A stretch of DNA of 64,000 nt from Amphiscolops sp. MND2022 (taxonomy: Eukaryota): NCBI GenBank assembly GCA_964187785.1, contig OZ076409.1:43898001-43962000 (forward strand). The letters are read 5' to 3'. The notes beneath the pieces are model-generated. The model had not been told where the DNA came from. It worked only from the letters and a program-made list of their open reading frames with translations, and searched no databases. Within the stretch, counting starts at the first letter, position 1. Each line of letters begins with the position of its first letter. This document shows, piece by piece, positions 1 to 10,980 of the stretch. The translations under genes and the position numbers were made by a program.

Positions 1-1279
1 TATTGTGATATGTTGGTGACTGGTATCCACATGCTTCAACAACAAAACAGTTAGCGTGTGCATGAACCTTTGGGGCACAATATTACTCCTGCTTTTAGGC
101 TTTCATGTTCAAAAGTAGAAGGCTAGAAACTATAGAATCTGCAATAACTAGACACTCTTGTTAAATCATTCACTGTCGTACCAGTTTACACGGCCTTCAA
201 ATCTCGGAGTAAAGAAACTATAACTACTTTTGAAAGCATGCGAGGCTCAGGTGAATGAAAAATCTATACTCGTTCTCTCCATATCATGAATCGACGTACG
301 AATAATTAACACTCGTTCGGTTCATCTCAAGAACTTGATAAGGAAGCATAGTTACCGACACTCGCTCCTTCCATAGCAACAGAACTGCCGGAACGAATAT
401 CTAAACTACTCATTTGGTACTCAGATCACTATAAGTAGTCGCCTGAAACACGTTGCCTCTTTCAGATTTCTAAATTGTTCCTGCTATTGCAGAGATAATA
501 AATATCTAGGCTACACAGTTCAATATGATTGGTTAGGTTTTGGTATCACACAATTCAACAACAAAACAAAAAGGATTTCAAAGTGTTCTTGAAGTGTTGC
601 CTTCTGAAATAGGATGACAAAAAACTTTTTTTATCAAAATTATTTGCAGTTTTTTTGTGCATTGGCATTTTTTCAGCCTCAAAATTTTGTCCTTGTAGAA
701 CAGTTTGGGGCAGAAAACATCTGGGTGGTCAGCAGACGTCTTGTTATTATTTCACCTTATCAACTTCGAAAATTGAAATTTATTCTGCCTAAACTAACAC
801 TGTTCTATTACTATTCGACGAAACAGCCCGATAAAGACACTAATTGAGACTGCTTGAACATTATACATGCTGCAGGCCTGCAAACAGGGTTATTTTCATG
901 AAACATAGTAAACACATTGAGTATCCGGTAGTAAATTGTGTGGAATTACACTGCATTCTCCACTACTGCATTTATCCTTGAAAGTATTTCCCCCTTCTTT
1001 ACGTAGACAATCACGTTGAATTCACACATTGTTGTCTCGACTACTCATGCGTTTTAATCACCGCAGCTTGAAAGAAGTTGATCACAACAGTCAATTTTAA
1101 CGGTTCCTTCAGAGTATTAGAAATCATTGAAAACGTTGCTGGCAACTTTAAAGAACATTTACAGTACAGTCATTAGAAGTCGAGGCAAGAGCTGAAAACA
1201 AAGTTAAGTGGGAAAAAATGTTTTAGGAACTGGAAACTTTACCAAGTCAAACTGAATGGTCAATTAAAGTAATAATACT

Positions 1280-1831
1280 TAATGCGTTATCCCCTGTTCT
1301 TGATAACTGCCTTGATGCGCTCGGGAATTGAATCAAATAATTGTTGGACAACTGCGTCAGGAATTGCATAAAATTCACGTCTGAGAGGTTGCCAAAGAAG
1401 ATTCATGTTTTCAAAGCTTTGACCTTCAACGCGGGTGCCCACCATCTTCCACAAGTTTTAATCAAGTTTTAGTCGAGAGGTAGTCTGGTCAATTATTCAG
1501 TATCATTATTCCATTGTTGTGAAGCAAATCCATCAAAGAGGGAGCTTTGTGGGGGGTAGCATTGTCTTGTAGTAACAAACAGTCGTGGTCCCATGTCGGA
1601 AGTAAATAATTGAGAAGCAGTTGCTGGTAACCTTCAGCATTGAGAGCACACGCTTGTCGGACGACCATTTTCCCAAACCCCCCACATTCCACACGATTAT
1701 TTTTTAAGTTGTCCTTTGCAACGTTTGACCAGATATAGAGGCACAAATCTCGTTTCAACAGGACTCTTGGTCGCCGCACAATTTGGCGACGTAGGCGAAC
1801 CATCTCAAAAGTAGATTCCTCAGTAAACACC
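1280..1831 (-). pseudogene. Tc1 transposase, C-terminal DDE part (stops and frameshifts)
   Basis: VFTEES (canonical FSDES), QDNATPH, degraded WP..SPDLNPIENLW and a C-terminal SIPERIKAVIKNRG*RIKY resembling the Tc1 family end. Confidence 0.85.
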
Positions 1832-2094
1832 TGGTCTCGCAGATGCTCAGTTGTAACAATCACGGACTCTTGTTTTCTGCATTTCAGCGGACCATCCTTC
1901 CCATTCAGTAGAAAAACCATAGTTACAAAAAGAGAACTGATAATTTGGGTCATTCATGTGTTGAAACTGCAGAATGATAAAAATAAGAGCATTTGTCAGA
2001 GGAATTGAAGATATAAAACACGTCACGATACGTTCTGACATATTGAATCACATTTGAAAGTTAAGAATGAGTCACATTTTGAAAGTTGCAAAAA
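1832..2094 (-). repeat. 3' LTR of BEL/Pao element
   Basis: Colinear with 8947-9210 (roughly 80-85% identity by eye); TSD immediately to the left, PPT-like tract immediately to the right. Confidence 0.8.
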
Positions 2095-2189
2095 TACAGC
2101 CCGCCTTAATTTTCATTGGGAAACTAAGAGAATCTTTTTAATCAAAGAAAAATCAAAATTACAAGTTTGTTGATTGGAGTTTTTTAGGG

Positions 2190-5100
2190 ATTATCCTTTT
2201 GCGGGACGTCAAAGAGTTTTCGCAGTTTGTGGACTGATCTGTTGTATGTCCCGTTGGCCGGCTTGATTTTCAACACTCGAACAAACTTGTCAGGGCCACT
2301 GTAGACATAGGATACTCTTGCTAGGGGCCACTGAAGAGGAGATGTTTTATCGTCAATCACGTAGACGACATTCTTTTAGGTTGGAAGTCTCTTCTTTCCA
2401 TTTGTTGCGTTCCTGGAGGGATGTCACGTACTCTTTTGTCCGCCTTTTCCAAAAGTGGATGGTTAGATTTTGCAAATGAGCCCATTTGTTGACTGGCGTT
2501 GGGTCACTCGCGTCATCGATTGTATCGGATCTGACAACACCAACACTCCGCGGGCGGCAGTGATTCAAGCTTCCCACCAAGACACAAGTGGGCAGTAGTC
2601 AAAATTGTGTCATCATTGAGATCTTCAAATAGCGGAAAATTGGGTGTGAGCTCAAAATTAACTCAATTTGGCAAAAGAGTGTGGTTAATTCTTCAAACGC
2701 AAGTACATTGTTGCCCATCACCTTTCGTAGATGTTGCTTCACTCGCTTGATTGCGGATTCCCACAGACCTCCAAAATGCGGAGCTCTTGGAGGTATGAAG
2801 GTAGAATTGATTAGGAGGCCAGCTGCAGCGGTTTGTAGGGAAACTTCATGTTTTGCCTTCAGGATTTTTTGCAATTGGGAGATCTCTGCTCGGGTTCCCA
2901 AAGAATTGCTTCCATTGTCGCTGTGAATTGTCTTCGGGCACTCTCTTCTGGCAACGAATCTTCTCAAGGCTGCGGAGCATGCTGGTTTTGTCCTGTCGGA
3001 CACTGCCTCGATATTCACTGCTTCACTTGCAAAACAGACGAAGAGTGCCATATATGACTTGACAACATTCCGTGCCAATTTTCGACATAGCAATTCCTAC
3101 TCTTTCGAATGCCTTTGGCCTTTGTTGGGACATCGACACGTTCTTCAGGTAGATCTCCCATTAGGGGTACTGGGGCTTGATACTGAACCAATTGCAGTCG
3201 ACGCAATTCAGAACTAACTTTCTTACAAGTGAACGGAAGCGTGGGACCCAAAAACGAATGCGGATGTGCGCCATCACTTGTGTTATTCCTCCGTGACGTG
3301 TCGACAGATGAGCGTTTGGCGGAATGAAACGCTGATAACTGCTTATTTTAGGAAGCTTAGCATGGGCTAATCTTCCGCCTACACAAAGCACGCCATCGTC
3401 GAGCAAAGGATAAAGTTTCAAGATGTTACTTTCTTTTTTTTTACTTGCGGGGCTAATTCCAGAGTCTTGATTTCTTCACTGTATGCCTTGCGTTGTTCCC
3501 GCCACAGTAATATCATCGTCGAATCGGCAAGTTCAGAGCCTGTCACGTATCAAGGGAAGTCTTTCAACTCTTTTTTCAGTTTCAACGCATAACGTTTTAC
3601 GTACGCAAGAACTCGTAAAGCTTTGTGAAGGGAATTGTATTTTGAAACATCGAGAGCATCTTGATCGAGAGCATCGAGATCGAGAGCATCGGAAGCGTGA
3701 AAGGATATCAACTTTGCTTTTTTCTGTTCGTCAAGAATTTCGTCGGGAAAATGTGCTCAGGGAAACTTCCGGTGATAAGACAGGCAGGCCCACTCCACCA
3801 CAATGAGTGTGCCTGGGTTGCATCTGGATCAATGGCCCGTGATGCAGGGTCGGCTGGATTGTCTTTAGATCTTACGTGATTCCATCCAATTGAATTTCCG
3901 TCGGGAAATTTTGAGACCCGGTTGCTCACAAAAGTAGACCAATGGCTTGGTTCATGAGAAAGCCAATTCAGACGATTGTTGAATCAGTCGAGGCGTATTG
4001 GGTTCCGAATTGAAGGTTCACATAATTGATTGCCTTTAATGTTGACTTGAGGAGGCGCGCACCAAGAAGGGCCGCGCAGAGCTCTAGACGTGGGATTGAA
4101 TTACAATTGATTTGTTAATTAAAGGCAATCAATTATGTGAACCTTCAATTCGGAACTCAATACGCCTTCAAAGTTGCTCTTCGTATTGAGCTGGTTTCGT
4201 CTTCAAAGTTGCTCATGTTGAAGAAGGTACATTCGACAACAATAATGTCACAAAGCGACAAATGCTGAGTGATATTTCTAAAAGTTTCGATCCGCTCGGT
4301 TGACTTTCTGCTGTAACAATCCAGTTCAAGCAGATGATGCAGAAGACTTGCGAAGCCAGCGGCAATTGGGATGACAAGCTCCTCGACCACTTAGTCAACA
4401 CATACCTCGGATGGCGATCAAAGTTGATTTCGCTGAAAGAAATGAACTTGGAACGATTGGTCCTCTTTGATGGACTTGCAGACAAGGTAGATGTTCACCT
4501 GTTCTGTGATGCCTCCGAAAAGGCATACGCTGCCGGCATCTACACTGTCGCCTCCACCACCGACAGCAATACACAATGATTGTGTATTGCTGTCGGTTGT
4601 GGAGGCGACAATGTAGATGCCGGCAGCGTATGCCTTTTCGGAGGCATGACAGAACAGGTGAACATCTACCTTGTCTGCAAATCCATCAAAGAGGACCAAT
4701 CGTTTCAAGTTCATTTCTTTCAGCGAAATCAACTTTGATCGCCATCCGAGGTATGTGTTGACTAAGTGGTCGAGGAGGTTGTCATCCCAATTTGCGCTGG
4801 CTTCGCAAGTCTTCTGCATCATCTGCTTGAGCTGGATTGTTACAGTAGAAAGTCAACCGAGCGGATCGAAAATTTTAAAAATATCACTCAGCATTTGTCG
4901 CTTTGTGACATTATTGTTGTCGAATGTATCTTCTTCAACATGAGCAACTTTGAAGACGAAACCACCTTGGGTTGAGTTGCAAAACATCCCCGTGATTTTA
5001 TGTTGTGGTCATTTCCTCGAAGTTCTAAGTTGTCGTTGGCTTTTTTATACTGGAGGGTAGAGGAAGAACGAGTGAGGATTCACCAATTGTCCATTTTCGA

Positions 5101-7731
5101 TGGGTATCACGATGGTCACATTTAGCCTGCTTCAGTACCTGAAGTATATCATTCTGTAACTTCTTGGCTTCTTCAACAGAATTGGCTCCAGTGAGTTTGT
5201 CATCAACATAGAAGTCTCTATTTACTGAGAGTTGAGCTTCAGGACAAAGCCCTTCAAGATTTGCGCACTCGACGAGTGAGCGAATGATGTGGTAGGAACT
5301 GCTTGCGACACCGTAGGTTACGCGTGTCATCCTGTAGGTATCAAATTGTTGCTGCCTGTCGAAGCGCCAAAGTATACGGTGATAGTCCTTATCCTTTTTG
5401 CAGAGTTCCACTTTCCAATACATCTTTGCAATGTCCGCTGACATGGCAACTTCGAAGAATCAAAACCTGAGCAAATTGTCGAAGTGGTCTTCTTGAACCT
5501 TCGGACCTACAAGTAGACATTCTTTCAGAGAGACTCCTGTGGTTGTTTTCGAGCTTGCGTCAAAAAGAACACGCAATGTTGTCGTCGAGCTGTCTATCTT
5601 TAGCACTCATTGATGTGGCAGGTGATAGTTTGGGAAAACATCCAGTTCCACGCTTTCTACTTTTTCCAGTTCACCAGGTAGAAAACTTCTTGAATGAAAG
5701 CTGCGTATTTCTTGAGGAGAGACTCATCTCGATGCAGAGTCCGCTCCAAGCGAAGAACTCGCTTCATTGTCTTTGCTTTGCTGTAGCCAAGCCTTTGTGA
5801 TTCCTCCTTGATTGGCATTTGGACCACAAATCTTCCCTTCAAGTTCCCAGAATTTTAACAACAAATGGTCTGTGTCTGCTTCAGAAGAACTTACGAGATG
5901 TGTTGTGATGGAGTTTGCATGCGAGATCGCGACCGGACCGGTTACAACCCAGCCAAGAATGAAGTCTCTTAGATAAAGTCCATTGTCTTTGATTTGTTGT
6001 CTAGGAGAATTTCTTCAACAACATTGGCTCCTAGAAGTGCATCTATTTTCCTTAGAATGTTGAAGCTCGGATCTGCTAGATTCAGATGGTTGAAGTGTCT
6101 CATTTGTGAAATATTAAGCTCCCGAGAGGGTATCACAATGGTAAATATTGAAATCAGATGCAAATTGACACTCCACAAGTCTTTTGACTCTGTGTTGAAC
6201 CAAGTGTCGTAATCGTAGCTTGATTACTTCTTGTCGAAAGCATTACTTCTCTGCCATGTTTGCAGTGATAAAACTGGCTTGGGACCCGGAATCCAAGAGT
6301 GCTCGCATTCTAATTGGCTTGCCACTCCCATTTCGTATAAAATCAGCTACAGTGGAGAGAAGGACTGTATTGTTCTTATTATCAGTGTTCGAATGCCCTG
6401 TTGTGAACTTAGAGTTCGAGTCTGTGTGAGACGCCGAACTGCCGCTAGCTATAAAAGTGTTCCTCCTGTTGTCACCAACTTGTGGTGGATTGGAAGGTCT
6501 ATGAGTTCGATGGCGCAGCGTGTGGTGCTTCATCCTAAGTTCTCGGCAAGAGAACTTTGACTGGCAATCTTTCGAAGAGAAGAGTGATCAGGATGGTGAT
6601 AATTATAACAAAGTCTTTTTCCTTTGACGAATTGATGTCGATTGGCAACTGACATGGCTTTGAACAGGGACAAGAATTCTACAAGCGATCCTCACTGCAA
6701 TTTTTGCACGATGGGCTGTATACTCAGTATGATTGGATTCGCTTATCAGGCCGTTAGGCGTTTTGAGTTGCGTTTACTTGACCTGATGGCTTAGAGCCAC
6801 CAATCTCGAGTGCACGGCTTCGAGTGTCGAGGAATTTTGAAAGCTGTTTCCATGTGAGAAAGTCTGTTCCGGGATGGTCCAGCTGCCACTGCTTGCGTAA
6901 CTCCGGATCCATTTTCTCAGACGGAGAATGATCGAAAATTGCATCCAAGTACTCCACTGGTTGTCTCAACTCCCTCAAGTCTCGTTTGTTGTTTCAAGTA
7001 GTTTTCTCAGACCGGTGTAGAATTCAGACTTCAGTGAGTTTTGGGACCAAACTGCGTGTAAATGGGCTTTGTACAATGCTCTTGTTGTTTTCATAGCGTT
7101 CGTGCAGAAGTTCCCAAGCGATTTCGTAGTTATAATCATTGATCGTAACTGAGCTAATCAGCTTGGCTGCTTCTCCCTTGACACAAGCTTTCAAATAGTT
7201 TGATTTCTCAGAGTTCGATAATTGGTTGTTGGAGTCGAAAGATGCTCTGAAAAGATCAGCAAAGCTCATCCAGTCCGTATAAGAACCCGTAAACGATGAA
7301 AGTTGAAATTTCGGGAGTTTCAGTTTGCTTGAATTCCGGCTCCCATCATTTGTAGAGGTACGTGGAGAGTTCTCCGTGGCTTATGATGCCCTTTTATAGC
7401 TGTCAATCAGTGTTGACAAACGTGCAACAGTCACACTTGCATTGTAATGGAACTTTGTCGAAAGCTCTATGTCTTGAGACAGTTGATCATCATCATCGAG
7501 AGGTAATTCTATCTCAACGTCATACAGATGGATGACTTGGATATTGTCTTCAAGCGTCTTTAGAAGTGTTTCGGCTTCAACAAGTTAATTTGGCGTTGCG
7601 ATCACCGTGGTTAGGAAGTCATCCACTTTCTTTTCGAGATTTGTGAAGGCACCCTTGTTCGCACCCCTAACTCTCGAAAGTCGTTTTTCGTCAGCTGGTA
7701 AATGATTGGATGGATGAATGAGATCCGTCAT
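2190..7731 (-). pseudogene. BEL/Pao gag-pol polyprotein (many stops and frameshifts)
   Basis: ORF fragments 7024-7269, 6754-6978, 6243-6533, 5969-6178, 5657-5842, 5025-5444, 4418-4822, 3708-3929, 3161-3421, 2599-3093 and 2353-2580 carry Pao-type gag, PR, RT, RNase H and IN motifs in the expected order. Confidence 0.92.
4192..4964. repeat. About 770-bp fold-back palindrome (386-bp arms, 1-nt centre at 4578) within BEL pol
   Basis: ACACAAT-G-ATTGTGT centre; mirror ORFs 4334-4579(+) and 4418-4822(-) encode near-identical RNase H peptides. Confidence 0.95.
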
Positions 7732-8008
7732 GATCGAAGATGATCACCTTGTAGAGGGGGACTAAAACAGTGACTTTTACAGCTAAAGGTCCCCCGGGAT
7801 TCCAAATTCGACTGTAAAAAGGCTGATGAAGTAATGTGAAGTCTTGATGCGCAAAGCTACTGTGAAAGTGATCTGAGATTCTTTTGGCTACTCAGACACA
7901 CAAAAAGGCAAAATTTCAACGTTGAATTCACTAGCCTAACCTCAAGATAACCTTTAAGTGAATGCAAAATTTGAAAATTCTATCATTTAAACGTTGTGAT
8001 GTTGAGTT

Positions 8009-8663
8009 TCACCAGTCATTGCATGGACACTGGCACTCATCTCTTTTACACTCAAAGAACTTGTCATTACCACGCTGGTTCAGCTCTTTTCTGTAGTTTT
8101 TGTATAGGATTGTTTCTTTAGTAAGATTTCTAAGGTTATGGAGACCGTCTTCGTTGAGGTGTGGGGCGTCGTCGGGATAAAAATAACGGACCCCAGTAAT
8201 ATTTCGGGCCACAGTTCGATAACTCCAAGTAGTAAGTAACCCCTATAGGTAGCAAGGGGCTGGTCTTTGGTCTTTAGCTCACCTACTGACAGCAAGAAAT
8301 CGTTTACTTGCTTCAAACGTACTTTATTTTCGTTTCGTTCAGGTCTTGTAAGAACGTAAACTACTTCGGCACGGGGGCACAAGAGATTTGCAAGATCAAT
8401 ATTCTCGTGAGTCACTTGACTTGCAGTTGTCGTAGTTGGTTTTTTGAAAAAATACATGTCGTTTCCCCAGACAAAAGGAATGATGATATCAAAAATATCC
8501 TTGGGGGAATAAAATTGTAGACGTACCGGACACAAGCACCAGGCAGAGAAGTATACTCAAGTTTCCTGCTTCCAAATTCCTTGCCTGTGAGTCGGCAATC
8601 AAAAGGGTTTTTCGTGGATGAAGTTCTGTAGACCTGATAACGTGACTGTCTTGGTGTAGACAT
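8009..8663 (-). pseudogene. SGNH/GDSL-family hydrolase (esterase-like) ORF inside the BEL/Pao element, frameshifted
   Basis: Joining frames gives KTLLIADSQAR (block I, 8588-8596), SLPGA (block II), DIIIPFVWGND (block III, 8458-8466), VYVLTRPER...KQVNDFLL, YPDDAPHLNEDG (block V DxxH, 8159-8170) and a Cys-rich tail CKRDECQCPC. Confidence 0.8.
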
Positions 8664-8946
8664 TCAGAAACCTCTCAGAATGGTCATTGGGACAAGGGTA
8701 TTAGATATTTGATTAATAATACAACGCCAACTTTACTTGAACAAGTTTCACAAAATAATTCCGCAATTCAGCTCTGTTTTTTAATTAATTCGGCAAAAAC
8801 AATCCACATCTGGAATTGTTCAAATCTATAAAATCGTAAATTCGAATTTCATCATTCAGTATGTCAATAGGTTCTTATTAGAACGAACTAAAAGGTTTTT
8901 GAAGACAGGTAAAAATCTTGGGACTGTAGTCTTTAGGAGCCCGGGG

Positions 8947-9210
8947 AGGTCTCGCCCATGCTCCATTGTAACAATCACGGACACTTGCTTTCTTCATTTC
9001 AGCGAACCATCCTGCCCATTCGGGAGAAAAACCAGAGTTACAAAAAGAAGATCATTAGTTTGAGTCATTCATGTGTTGAAATTGCAGAATAATGAAGATA
9101 AGAGCTTTGTCAATGGAATTGAATACAAAAAACACGTCACAATACGTTCTGACATATTGAATCATGTTTTGGAAGTTAAAAAATGAGTCATATTTTGAAA
9201 GTTGCGAACA
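8947..9210 (-). repeat. 5' LTR of BEL/Pao element
   Basis: Begins TGTTCGCAAC on the - strand directly after the TSD; homologous to 1832-2094. Confidence 0.8.
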
Positions 9211-9647
9211 ACACCCATTTTTGAAACTCTGTCATCTATTTTTGTTTCATTGTGTGGCACCATCGCAGACGGTTTGGTCTGTGAATTGATGTCAACAGGT
9301 CTTCACGTTCGGCTTTGCGTCCAAAAAGTCCTTGACTGTGCATAATTCGTTTGACACCAGACACTGTATACAAGTATCCCATGCTCTAGTTCAATTTGAG
9401 TCGAAGAAGTCAATCGTGGGCAAAGGACAGAAAGCTGCATCGAATCTCTCACATTTCTCCTAGTAACTTTAGACCTTCGTCCTGGTTGTTCTTTCGCTTT
9501 TACTGATCTGGTCTGTTTTTAATGTTGGATGACACAGTTAACTGAGCTCTTATTTGTGTCCATCATATCGGCTCTTGCGCGTGTTTCTCCTCGTAGGTAA
9601 AAGCGAATGATCAGTCTTCGAATGGGCAAGAGAGTTCTTGGAGCCAT
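9211..9647 (-). pseudogene. Tc1 transposase, N-terminal DNA-binding part
   Basis: MAPRTLLPIRRLIIRFYLRGE... then RIMHSQGLFGRKAEREDLLTSIHRPNRLRWC; joins in frame to VFTEES at 1831 when the BEL element and one TSD copy are removed. Confidence 0.8.
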
Positions 9648-10544
9648 ATTTAAAACGAAATGATGAGTGTGGAACAAGAATGGGTAATGTAACGTTCGAA
9701 TTTCGAGATCTATAAGCGATAAAAATGCTATACTGACTGTTTTAAACAATCAATTTCCGGTTTCTTTGTTGGTTTATTCACCTTTATTCTTAGGTGAATA
9801 ACAGTTTTTCGCGCTTGCCCCGATTTCAAATTGCTATACTGTAACAAGTTCACGCAAGTTCAACAAGGGGAACCATACATTAATGGACAAAGGGTCGAGG
9901 AGGGAAAAGGGTCCCGGAAGATGTTTCAGAGGTTTTTTTGACCGAAATGGATATTCCCGTATTCATGAAAGGCTTGCTGAAGGCGATGTCTTGCTACCTG
10001 TCAAAGTATCAGGGTTTGTCAATGCAGCTCTATGCAGGTGTGAATCCTAAATTAAACATAACCAAATCAAGGCAAGTTTGCCACAAATAGAAATGAACTA
10101 ATGAAGACTATGAAGAGTCAAACAAAACTAATTTACAATATAGTGTCTTGACTGACAACATGTAGAAATCACCGATATGATCTCGCTGCTCAGCGGGCTT
10201 CTTGTTCAGAAAAAAATTCAATATTCGAATCTTTTTCTGTGGAAATTGTTCATATTTTGGATGTTTTCGTGGTTTTTGAATTTCCACAGTGCTCAATAAC
10301 AAAACAACTAGTTTTTAACCTAAAATTGCACAGAGAAAATGTTTTTAAAAGAGGTGTAATATGATTAGAAAATTTTCAAACTTTTCAGTTTATCGAACTT
10401 TTTTGCAAAAGCCCTGAACATGTGTCGCTACTGAAATAGCTTCGGGGCAGAAACTTTCCCGCTGCCCGTTGCATTTTGTGCTTGTTTTTGCCGTATTCTA
10501 CAATCGGTTCTTTCCGCAGAAATTTACTTCGTTCCCCAGCGATC

Positions 10545-10715
10545 GAAGACACGCTACGCTTGCCAAGATCATGGTTAATCTTGCTAAATCATGGTTAACC
10601 ATGGTACTCTTGTCAAGATCATGGCTAATCATGATACATGGAAGGCTTGTCGAGATCATGGCAAGATCATAGCAAGATCTTGACAAGATAGCCATGGTTT
10701 ATCAAGATTCTTATC
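10545..10715. repeat. Short-period CAAGATCATGG-type repeat array
   Basis: Multiple degenerate AAGATCATGG/ATCTTG units; related fragments near 17545-17630, 49700-49770 and 60320-60430. Confidence 0.6.
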
Positions 10716-10841
10716 AAAGGTGTTATGTCAAAAATTCGATTAAAAGGATTTCCAGTTAACGACCGTGTCCCAACCAGAGAACTGAAAACCGGCATCAAGA
10801 TGTAAACAAAAACGAAGTAAACTTCTGCCGAAAGGACCGGT

Positions 10842-10980
10842 TGTAAAATGTTCCCAGCCCAATGTATTACCCAGCCCAATGAAAAGTTTAGTATTTTCCC
10901 AGCTCAATGAATTACCAGTAAAACGCAGCTGGGAAAATACTGGGAAAATAATTCATTGGGCTGGGAAAATACTGGTTACA
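10842..10980. mobile_element. Small fold-back MITE-like element
   Basis: TTCCCAGCCCAATG units on the left mirrored by CATTGGGCTGGGAA on the right; ends TGTAA...TTACA. Confidence 0.5.

Larger units (their letters stand above)
1832..9210 (-). mobile_element. BEL/Pao LTR retrotransposon, full length but decayed
   Basis: 5-bp TSD ACACC at 1827-1831 and 9211-9215; diverged direct repeats (LTRs) 1832-2094 and 8947-9210; PPT-like AAGGCGGGC next to the left LTR on the - strand; gag (LSNSEKSNYLKACVKGEA), protease (RALLDSGSQASF), RT (ADIAKMY...RVTYG...FYVDD), RNase H (FCDASEKAYAA, NPADPASR), integrase (SDNGSN, RAPHFGGLWE). Confidence 0.93.
1162..9841 (-). mobile_element. Tc1/mariner-family DNA transposon (decayed, about 1.3 kb once the nested BEL/Pao insertion is removed)
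   Basis: Imperfect TIRs TA|CAGTACAGTCATTAGAAGTCGAGGCAAG (1162) and CTTGCCCCGATTTCAAATTGCTATACTG|TA (9841) with TA flanks. Transposase N-terminus on - strand from ATG 9647 (MAPRTLL...GLFGRKA...HRPNRLRWC...EFQKW); catalytic part 1831-1280 (VFTEESTF...LLQDNATPHKA...FDSIPERIKAVIKNRG). Confidence 0.9.

Noticed and set aside
1832..2094. Repeated 260-bp block as an intron in the Tc1 transposase or a Tc1 duplication
   Set aside because: TSD, TG...CA ends and the PPT explain it better as BEL LTRs.
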